DNA of 64,000 nucleotides from a virus. Within the stretch, counting starts at the first letter, position 1. Each line of letters begins with the position of its first letter. Below, piece after piece: positions 56,425-64,000 of this stretch. The stretch lies in the IMG/VR virus record IMGVR_UViG_3300043446_003110. One strand, 5' to 3'. Under the pieces are notes generated by a model, which had not been told where the DNA came from, ran no database searches, and saw only the letters and a list, made by a program, of their open reading frames with translations. A program made the position numbers and the translations under genes.

Positions 56425-57297
56425 ATGAGTAAATTATTAACTATCGGTATGGCAACATATGATGACTATAATGGAGTATTTTTCTCCATACAGTCATTAA
56501 GGATGTTCCACGAAATATGCAATACAGAACAGGTGGAGTTTATTGTACTTGATGGAAATCCATCTAGTGAACATGGAAAAGCTTGTAAATCATATATAGA
56601 GCATCAAGTCCATGGTAAATACATAGCATATGATGGTGTAAATAGCTCATTTAATAAGTACAAAATAGTAGAATACGCTACAGGAAAGTATATTTTAATA
56701 ATAGATTGTCACGTTTTAATAGAAAAAGATGGAATATCTAAATTATTACAATATTTTCAAGAGAATCCAGATTGCAAAAATTTAATACAGGGTCCATTAT
56801 GGTATGATGATTTAAAAAACATATCAACGCATTTTGATCCAGTGTGGCGTGGAGATATGTTTGGCATATGGGGAACAAATAAAAACGAATATGATAAAGG
56901 GCTACCCTTTGAAATACAAATGCAAGGTATGGGATTAATGGCGTTTGAAAAATCTGCTTGGACAGGAATAAATAATAATTTTAAAGGATTTGGAGCAGAA
57001 GAAGGATATATAGCAGAAAAATTTAGAAGAAATGGTGGTAAAAATATTTGTCTTCCATACTTAAAGTGGAATCATAGATTTGGAAGACCCGATGGTGTAA
57101 AATATAGATTAATATTAGAAGACAGAATATGGAACTATTTCATAGGATGGTTAGAAATTACCAAAGATCCAAATGACATAATGGTTCTGAGTATATACAA
57201 TTACTTTCGAAATAAAATACCAAGAGAAAGTTTAGATAACATCTTTCTTGAAGCTAAAAAAACAATATTAGGAGAAAATCATGCCACTTCCAAGTAG
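56425..57297 (+). CDS. glycosyltransferase family 2
   Basis: LTIGMATY, YILIIDCH, FKGFGAEE. Confidence 0.8.
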   Translation: MSKLLTIGMATYDDYNGVFFSIQSLRMFHEICNTEQVEFIVLDGNPSSEHGKACKSYIEHQVHGKYIAYDGVNSSFNKYKIVEYATGKYILIIDCHVLIEKDGISKLLQYFQENPDCKNLIQGPLWYDDLKNISTHFDPVWRGDMFGIWGTNKNEYDKGLPFEIQMQGMGLMAFEKSAWTGINNNFKGFGAEEGYIAEKFRRNGGKNICLPYLKWNHRFGRPDGVKYRLILEDRIWNYFIGWLEITKDPNDIMVLSIYNYFRNKIPRESLDNIFLEAKKTILGENHATSK

Positions 57298-58252
57298 AAA
57301 CAAAGATGAGAATAAGGATAAATTTGTGTCACGTTGCATGAGTAATGAAACTATGCAAAAAGAATATCCAGATTCCAAACAGAGAGTGGCTATTTGTATA
57401 GATCAGGCAACGGCAGACTGTGGATGCATAGAAGCTGCTGACTTTAGACTACAAATGGAAGCGTTTGGCTATGAAGAAGAACTCAATGAAGATAATGTAT
57501 ATATTCCACTAGAAGCAGAATATGAAGACTTTGGTGAAGAAACTGAAGAATTTGATATAGCAGCAGAAAAACCCGGATTATGGGAAAATATTCGCAAGAA
57601 AAAAGAGCGTATGGGCAAAAAATATAAACCAGCTAAACCGGGAGATCCAGATAGACCAGATCCAAAGTCATGGAAAAAGGCTCAATCAAATGGTGATAGC
57701 GAAATGGCTATAGAGCAGTTACAAAAAATGCACGATCAATTAGTAGACATAGTATCTAAGTTAAAAAATATGTCAATGTCTTTAGAATTTCAAGATTGGA
57801 CTAAGGATATGATTTCTAAAGCTGAAGTATATATTCAAAACATACATGATTTTGTAACGTACTATGAACCCGGTAAATATGAAGATGATACAGAAGAATC
57901 ATATAGTTCATATGAATATCAAGATCCAAAAACTGGAGAAGTCTATACTTATAGACGTAAAGGATATTATGAAAAAGATGGTCGAATTTTAATGTATATG
58001 GGAGAAGGAAGTGAATATCAAGGTCGTAAAGTGACATTAAATAAACCATTCAGAACTCCCGGTGGACCAAAGAAATTTGCAGTTTATGTCAAAAATGAAA
58101 GTGGTAATGTAGTTATTGTACGATTTGGTGATCCAAATATGAAGATAAAGAAAAATATTCCAGAAAGACGCAAGAGTTTTAGAGCGAGGCATAATTGCGA
58201 CAATCCCGGTCCCAAATATAAAGCTCGTTACTGGGCCTGCAAAAGCTGGTAA
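57281..58252 (+). CDS. modular phage protein of short basic modules with acidic linkers (C-terminal DUF6321-like)
   Basis: FVSRCM..YPDSKQRVAIC; PGLWENIRKK; EYQGRKVTLNKP..FGDP..RKSFRARHNC..ARYWAC. Confidence 0.7.
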   Translation: MPLPSRNKDENKDKFVSRCMSNETMQKEYPDSKQRVAICIDQATADCGCIEAADFRLQMEAFGYEEELNEDNVYIPLEAEYEDFGEETEEFDIAAEKPGLWENIRKKKERMGKKYKPAKPGDPDRPDPKSWKKAQSNGDSEMAIEQLQKMHDQLVDIVSKLKNMSMSLEFQDWTKDMISKAEVYIQNIHDFVTYYEPGKYEDDTEESYSSYEYQDPKTGEVYTYRRKGYYEKDGRILMYMGEGSEYQGRKVTLNKPFRTPGGPKKFAVYVKNESGNVVIVRFGDPNMKIKKNIPERRKSFRARHNCDNPGPKYKARYWACKSW

Positions 58253-58264
58253 GGAGAAACACAA

Positions 58265-58687
58265 ATGAAAAAATCTAGAGCAGAAGAATTATTACAATCA
58301 GTTCAAGCTAAAATAGAGTGTCCTCCAGCTACTCAAGATATTACTATTAACTTAGCTAATAGAAAAATATGTGTAGAAAAAGCAAACTATGGACCAGCAA
58401 ATCCAGATCTTCCAAATGAAGATTTTTGGCAAGGTAAAGCAGATCTATTTAAAACATCCATAGACGAAGCTAAAACTATGAGATGTAAAAATTGTGCAGC
58501 ATTCATACAAAAAGAAAAAATGATGAATTGCATAGAAAAAGGCATAGCATCAGAAATAAGCGAAGATCAAATAGCAATTGACATAATAGACAAAGCTAAT
58601 TTAGGTTATTGTGAATTATTTGATTTCAAGTGCGCTGGAGAAAGAACTTGTGATGCATGGATAACCGGCGGTCCAATAAAAAAATAG
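58265..58687 (+). CDS. conserved Cys-rich phage protein
   Basis: CPPATQD..YGPANP..CKNCAAF..GYCELFDFKCAGERTCDAW. Confidence 0.75.
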   Translation: MKKSRAEELLQSVQAKIECPPATQDITINLANRKICVEKANYGPANPDLPNEDFWQGKADLFKTSIDEAKTMRCKNCAAFIQKEKMMNCIEKGIASEISEDQIAIDIIDKANLGYCELFDFKCAGERTCDAWITGGPIKK

Positions 58688-58696
58688 GAGACAAAG

Positions 58697-59218
58697 ATGA
58701 ATAAAATAGATGACTTATTAAGCAAGCAAAGTATAGCACAGGATGTAACAAACTATTCTAGTGAACAAGTAATAGAACTACTAAAAAAATCATTAAATAT
58801 TCATTGGCAGCAGACAACCGTATTAACAGCACAGGCTGTTCATCTTGAAAGATGGGGATATAAAAAGCTCGCTGCTATTATAAAAGAAGATGCTCAACAA
58901 GAACACGAACATGCTGCTGTAAATATAGAAAGATTAGAATTTTTTGATATAGATTATCAACCATTAACAGTATCTCCTCCGACTTGGACAAGGCATGATA
59001 TGTTAGCTATGATACAATATAATCTGAATTCTGTTCAAGAAGCATCGCTAGCAGAAAGGGCAACCATTGTTGCTGCGAGGTCGGTTGGTGATGAGATCAC
59101 TGCTAACACAATGATCCCATTACTACAAGGAAGCGAAGACGGTATCAAGCTCTATGAAGGATTTTTAAAGATGATTGAACAAATGGGTTTGGATAATTTC
59201 TTAACTTTGCAAGTGTGA
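58697..59218 (+). CDS. ferritin/bacterioferritin-like protein
   Basis: LERWGYKKLA..EHEHA..ERL..IEQMGLDNFL. Confidence 0.8.
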   Translation: MNKIDDLLSKQSIAQDVTNYSSEQVIELLKKSLNIHWQQTTVLTAQAVHLERWGYKKLAAIIKEDAQQEHEHAAVNIERLEFFDIDYQPLTVSPPTWTRHDMLAMIQYNLNSVQEASLAERATIVAARSVGDEITANTMIPLLQGSEDGIKLYEGFLKMIEQMGLDNFLTLQV

Positions 59219-59226
59219 TTTTTTCT

Positions 59227-59274
59227 CATCAGAAAAGGCAGTTAGTTGACTAATTGCCTTCTGATGGGTATAAT
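59227..59274 (+). promoter_or_regulatory. promoter overlapped by a long inverted repeat upstream of dnaE-N
   Basis: CATCAGAAAAGGCAGTTAG-TTGA-CTAATTGCCTTCTGATG; TTGACT-17-TATAAT. Confidence 0.65.
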
Positions 59275-59310
59275 AAAGTGTTGATCTCTTAGTATTGACA
59301 AGGAAAATGT

Positions 59311-60942
59311 ATGAATTGGTTCCCATTGAAGAATTTTACACATTACAGTCTTCTTCGTGGATATTCTAAACCAGAAGAACTGGCACAAAAGTGCAAAGAT
59401 AATGGATATCCAGCCTGTGGAATATGCGATTACAAAACATTATCTGGTGCAGTAGCTTTTTATAAAGCTTGTAAAAAGGTAGGCATAAAACCAATAATTG
59501 GATGTTCATTTGATTTTGCCATTCTATTTGCTAAAAATAAGCAAGGTTGGTATGAATTGATAGAAATGGTTTCTTCATTAGATGAAAATGGAAAATTACC
59601 AGAACGTTATGACAATATAGACATTAGCAAAAATCTCGTTAGTGTTTATAAAGGTTCAACTGATGATATGCCTATTAGCTATTATACCAATCGTGAAGAT
59701 GCAAAACTTCACAGAGTTCTATTGTGTTCAGATATGAAAACCACATTACCCAAAATATTTAAGTCTGTTAGACCAGACAATAAGGGTGGAATAAATATAG
59801 ATGCTAAGTTTCCTAGCGAACATGCTGATAAGTTAACATATTTTATGCAAGATAATTTCTATATAAAAGACAAGAACGAATCCAGCAATTTAGATACGTC
59901 AAAGTTAAAAGATATTTATGATCAGTGTAAAGACTATGATATATTAAGTAAACCAATATTACCAAAATTCTCTTGCCCAAATGGGTTAACAGAAGAAGAA
60001 TATCTTAAAGAATTATGCCGTAAGGGGTGGAAAGAATTGCTCATAGACGGCAATAAAGTGTCCAATGAAGATTCCAAGCAAAAGTATCTTGATAGATTTA
60101 AAGAAGAATTCGACGTAATCAAAGACGCCAATTTATTCGGTTATTTTTTGATTGTTCAAGATATCATCAAGTATGTAAATGATCGCGGTTGGCTCTCCGG
60201 TCCCGGAAGAGGATCTGCGGCAGGGTGCTTAATATCTTACTTGATAGGAATTACTAAGATAGATCCAATTGAATTTGACCTTCTATTTGCACGTTTTTAC
60301 AATGCCGGTAGAAATACCGCTGATCATATATCTTTGCCAGATATTGATATGGATGTCCCCGGTACAAAACGAGATGAGATAATATCTTATCTAAAAGATA
60401 AATATGGGAATGAAAGAGTTAGTCAAATGTTGACATTTGGAAGACTTCAAGGTAAAAGTGCAATAAAAGAGGTATTACGCATAAATGAAGCGTGTTCTTT
60501 TGCAGAAATGAATGCTATCAGCAATTGTATACCAGATGAAGCTAGAATTTCAGATCAATTGGCAGAAATGGATGACGAAGATAGATCTATCATCAGATGG
60601 GCATTAATGAATAATGCTGATGAACTAAGAGATTTTTGTAGACTCAATGACGATGGATCATTAGAAGGAGAATACGCTGAGTACTTCGATCAAGCGATAA
60701 AAATAGAAGGAACCTTCAAAACGCAAGGTAAACATGCTGCTGGAGTTGTAATCTCAGCTGACCCTCTTCAAAAAGTATGCCCAATGGTTAAACAAAAAGG
60801 ATCTAATGAAAAAATAGCCGGTCTGGAAATGTCAGATCTGGAAGCATTGGGTCATGTAAAATTTGATGTATTGGGCATAAATTTGCTTGATAAAATAATG
60901 AAAATTGAACAATTAACTGGAGATAATAATGGCAAATCGTGA
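59311..60942 (+). CDS. dnaE: DNA polymerase III alpha, N-terminal half (PHP + palm)
   Basis: THYSLL, GPGRGSAAG, PDIDMD, GKHAAG, ends VKFDVLG. Confidence 0.92.
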   Translation: MNWFPLKNFTHYSLLRGYSKPEELAQKCKDNGYPACGICDYKTLSGAVAFYKACKKVGIKPIIGCSFDFAILFAKNKQGWYELIEMVSSLDENGKLPERYDNIDISKNLVSVYKGSTDDMPISYYTNREDAKLHRVLLCSDMKTTLPKIFKSVRPDNKGGINIDAKFPSEHADKLTYFMQDNFYIKDKNESSNLDTSKLKDIYDQCKDYDILSKPILPKFSCPNGLTEEEYLKELCRKGWKELLIDGNKVSNEDSKQKYLDRFKEEFDVIKDANLFGYFLIVQDIIKYVNDRGWLSGPGRGSAAGCLISYLIGITKIDPIEFDLLFARFYNAGRNTADHISLPDIDMDVPGTKRDEIISYLKDKYGNERVSQMLTFGRLQGKSAIKEVLRINEACSFAEMNAISNCIPDEARISDQLAEMDDEDRSIIRWALMNNADELRDFCRLNDDGSLEGEYAEYFDQAIKIEGTFKTQGKHAAGVVISADPLQKVCPMVKQKGSNEKIAGLEMSDLEALGHVKFDVLGINLLDKIMKIEQLTGDNNGKS

Positions 60943-61609
60943 TTATATTATTTTTGATTTTGAAACTGGATCACGCAACCCACATAGAACACAACCAACA
61001 CAAATAGCCGCAATTGCTTTAGATGGTCGCACATTGCATATGAAAGGTCAATTTAATAGTGAAATCAAACCAATATTTGATGATGAAAAAGCTATAGCAG
61101 CTGGACTTGATCCGATAGAAAATGAAGCATTAAAGATAACTAAAAAGACTAGAGAGCAACTAGAAGAAGCACCATCTTTAAAATCAGTATGGTCTAAATT
61201 CACAAAGTTTGTGGATCAATATAACTGGAAGGGCGATGCATTTTACAATCCAATACCAGTTGGATTTAATATTATTGGATTTGATATGATAATCATAAAT
61301 AGACTTTGTAAAGAATTTGGACCTTGGGACAAGGAAAGAGAGCAGCAAAAACTTTTTAGTAAGGTTTACAAAATAGATATAATGGATAGTATATTTGCTT
61401 GGACAGAAAGTGATCCTAGTGTTAGATCAATAAGCATGGATTCATTGAGACAGCGAATGGGTCTAGATATGGAAAATGCTCATGATGCTCTACAAGATGT
61501 AAAAGATGAAGCTAATATTTTTATTAAAATCATGAAAACCCACCGTGCTGTTTACCAAAATATGAATTTTGACAAAGCCTTTGCTAATGGTGAATTATAT
61601 GTCAAATAA
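60929..61609 (+). CDS. DEDDh 3'-5' exonuclease (DnaQ/epsilon-like)
   Basis: FDFETG, GFNIIGFD, AHDALQD. Confidence 0.88.
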   Translation: MANRDYIIFDFETGSRNPHRTQPTQIAAIALDGRTLHMKGQFNSEIKPIFDDEKAIAAGLDPIENEALKITKKTREQLEEAPSLKSVWSKFTKFVDQYNWKGDAFYNPIPVGFNIIGFDMIIINRLCKEFGPWDKEREQQKLFSKVYKIDIMDSIFAWTESDPSVRSISMDSLRQRMGLDMENAHDALQDVKDEANIFIKIMKTHRAVYQNMNFDKAFANGELYVK

Positions 61610-63170
61610 TTTATCTTATGACGATAAAGATACTTGGAAATTGTTTGCAGAAGGTAAGACAAAAGGTGTTTTTCAATTAGAAAGCAATCTTGGAAAATCT
61701 TGGGCTAAAAAAGTTGCTCCAACGAATATAGAAGAACTATCTGCATTAATAGCTATTATAAGACCCGGAACATTAAAAGCTTTTGTAGATGGAAAAAGCA
61801 TGACCCAGCACTATGTAGATAGAAAACACGGTCGGGAAGATGTGACTTATTTACATCCAATATTAGAGGATATATTAAAATCAACATATGGAGTATTAGT
61901 ATATCAAGAGCAATCTATGCGTATAGCAGAGAAAGTAGCTGGATTTAACTTACAAGAGGCTGATGTTCTGCGTAAAGCCATTGGAAAGAAAAAGGCCGAT
62001 CTCATGAATGAAGTAAAAAAATCATTCCTAGCAGGAGCAGAACGTGTAGGAATTGTTTCTAAAGAAGATGCAGAGCAGATATTTGGATGGATCGAAAAAT
62101 CTTCTCGCTATGCATTCAATAAATCTCACAGCGTTTCCTATGCCGTCTGTTCTTATTGGAGTGCATACTATAAAGCCCACAACACAAAGGAGTTCTTTTT
62201 ATCATATTTGTATTATGCTAATGAAAAGCAAGATCCACAGAAAGAAGTATATGAACTTATATCTGAAGCAAAATTGTTTGATATAGAGACTAAGACTCCA
62301 AATATATCTAATTTTCAGAAAAAATTCAATATTAAAGACAACAAGATATATTTTGGAATTAAAGATGTAAAGTCTTTGACGGGCGCTACAGGAGATAAGC
62401 TTTTAGAAGTAATAAGTTTAGCTGAGAAGGAATTAAATAAAACTATTGATAAGTTTACATGGTTAGAAATATTATTATTTGTATCATCCAAGATAAGTTC
62501 TACTGCTTTTAAGGCTTTAGCCTCAATAGGATTTTTTAGAGGCAAAACAAGCAATATAACTAGAAACAAAGCACTATATGATTATGAAATATATAGAACT
62601 TTAACTAAAGCGGAACAGTCGTGGGTCATTGAAAATTACAAATCCAAACAGTGGACAACATTTGTAGATTGTCTCAAAGACTTAGCCCCAATAAAAAAAG
62701 ATGGTGGCGGTACTAGTAAAGTAGATAGAAAACAAGCTATTGAAAATGAAATACAACTCTTAATAAATCCACCATATGATTTAGATGACGATCCAAGCTG
62801 GGTAATAGATCAAGAAGTCAAGTTCTTGGGATGCCCAGTTAGCATAACAAAAGTGGAAACATCTGACACATCTGCGGCAAATACTACATGCAAGGAAATT
62901 ATAAATGGAAAACGCGGCAAAAATTTATGCATTGTCGCTAATATACAAAGAGTTTCAGATTATACTATCACCAAGGGCGAATCTAAAGGGCAAGTTATGT
63001 CATTTTTGACCATAGAAGATGATACGTGCATATTAGATAGTGTAATAGTATTCCCTAAAATTAAAGAAAAATACAAGTATATTTTATACGAAGGTAACAA
63101 CTTGATATTCTGCGGAACTGTCAGCGAAAAAGATACATCATTTATCGTAGATACAATCCATGAAATTTGA
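61599..63170 (+). CDS. dnaE: DNA polymerase III alpha, C-terminal half (fingers, HhH, OB)
   Basis: GVFQLES, IIRPG, TYGVLVYQEQ, AIGKKK, YAFNKSHS, C-terminal OB fold. Confidence 0.92.
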   Translation: MSNNLSYDDKDTWKLFAEGKTKGVFQLESNLGKSWAKKVAPTNIEELSALIAIIRPGTLKAFVDGKSMTQHYVDRKHGREDVTYLHPILEDILKSTYGVLVYQEQSMRIAEKVAGFNLQEADVLRKAIGKKKADLMNEVKKSFLAGAERVGIVSKEDAEQIFGWIEKSSRYAFNKSHSVSYAVCSYWSAYYKAHNTKEFFLSYLYYANEKQDPQKEVYELISEAKLFDIETKTPNISNFQKKFNIKDNKIYFGIKDVKSLTGATGDKLLEVISLAEKELNKTIDKFTWLEILLFVSSKISSTAFKALASIGFFRGKTSNITRNKALYDYEIYRTLTKAEQSWVIENYKSKQWTTFVDCLKDLAPIKKDGGGTSKVDRKQAIENEIQLLINPPYDLDDDPSWVIDQEVKFLGCPVSITKVETSDTSAANTTCKEIINGKRGKNLCIVANIQRVSDYTITKGESKGQVMSFLTIEDDTCILDSVIVFPKIKEKYKYILYEGNNLIFCGTVSEKDTSFIVDTIHEI

Positions 63171-63220
63171 GTTGTTTTTTATGACTGTTACTGCTAAAAT
63201 ATGAAGATGAGGAGATTACA

Positions 63221-63532
63221 ATGAATATTTGTTCTTTCACTGGATATCTAGTAGAAAATCCAAGAATATCTATAGTTGATGATGTTGTATTAGCTGAATT
63301 TGTTATGGTAGTATATACATACCGCAAAACAAAGAATGGTGAAAAAAATAGAATACCAACTTATATTCGGTGCGAAGCGTGGCATACCGGTGCAGAAACT
63401 ATAGAAAAATATGCTACAAAAGGTACTAAACTAGTTATAAATGCATCAGCAAAACACCCCAGCAGAGATGACCAAGATATAGTTTTTAGAGTAAACGAGT
63501 TTGATTTTTGTCATAATGATTTTGAGGATTGA
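63221..63532 (+). CDS. second SSB-like OB-fold protein
   Basis: MNICSFTGYLVENP..YIRCEAW..AETI..KGTKL. Confidence 0.7.
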   Translation: MNICSFTGYLVENPRISIVDDVVLAEFVMVVYTYRKTKNGEKNRIPTYIRCEAWHTGAETIEKYATKGTKLVINASAKHPSRDDQDIVFRVNEFDFCHNDFED

Positions 63533-64000
63533 ATGATACCAGACAATATCATACTGACATATAAAGACAATAATATCCCAAATTATGTTCTTAACAATAT
63601 AAAAAGACTAAATAATGACAAAAATATTTTATTTTTTACAGATGAAGACGCAGTAAAATTTCTTTCAAAAGAGTACGATTCTTCTTATAGTGATTTTTTT
63701 GCTAGCTTGAATCTTGGATGTAATAAGGGAGATTTTTTTAGATATTGTTACCTCTTTAAGTACGGTGGATATTACTGTGATATTGATATCGAACATGTAT
63801 TACCAATATCATATTATATTCCAGAAAACTTAGAATTCTTCACCGTTAATTCTGGGGCTTGTAAAAATACTACTTTTCAAGCATTATTATATAGTGAAGC
63901 GGAACATGACATTATTAAAAATTGCATCAAAAATTTGATGGATCCATCATCATTCAATGACACATTTCATTATACAACCAGAGATATGTACAATAATATT
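63533..64000 (+). CDS. glycosyltransferase family 32-like (DxD), partial at window end
   Basis: MIPDNII..GDFFRYCYLFKYGGYYCDID. Confidence 0.8.
   Translation, partial: MIPDNIILTYKDNNIPNYVLNNIKRLNNDKNILFFTDEDAVKFLSKEYDSSYSDFFASLNLGCNKGDFFRYCYLFKYGGYYCDIDIEHVLPISYYIPENLEFFTVNSGACKNTTFQALLYSEAEHDIIKNCIKNLMDPSSFNDTFHYTTRDMYNNI

Noticed and set aside
60900-61650. Split intein in DnaE
   Set aside because: No Cys/Ser-initiated intein N block or HN-C/S terminal motif at either side of the break.
1-64000. Stop-codon reassignment
   Set aside because: Conserved genes are full-length in code 11, and TAG, TGA and TAA all end recognisable genes; no suppressor tRNA found.

Overview
A 64-kb, AT-rich segment of a large tailed dsDNA bacteriophage genome. 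It uses the standard genetic code and almost all genes are on the + strand. About 1-21 kb is an early/accessory region of small ORFs driven by sigma70-like promoters with a conserved CGAT spacer motif. It holds uvsE, a RepB-like primase, a HAD hydrolase, tRNA-Leu(TAA), -Pro(TGG), -Arg(TCT), an unusual tRNA-Ser(ACT), a tRNA-like element with an aberrant anticodon arm, and two tRNA-linked HNH endonucleases. The most striking feature is an array at ~8.4-14.2 kb, where about 20 small unrelated ORFs are joined by a repeated ~17-bp junction, TTGGAGAATAACTAATG (Shine-Dalgarno + stops in two frames + overlapping start), resembling a gene-cassette array. About 21-43 kb contains tmRNA, Hsp20, secreted proteases, thyX with an endonuclease insertion and duplicated 3' end, rIIA/rIIB, guaC, two deaminases, SSB, glycosyltransferases, a phage sigma factor and a probable late/lysis block. 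About 43-64 kb contains nrdAB, dut, phoH, a RecA-like recombinase, DnaB, DnaG, a dNMP kinase, a PD-(D/E)xK nuclease, a ferritin-like protein, and an intein-free split DnaE with a DnaQ-like exonuclease gene between the halves. All functional calls come from motif recognition by eye; no database search was run.
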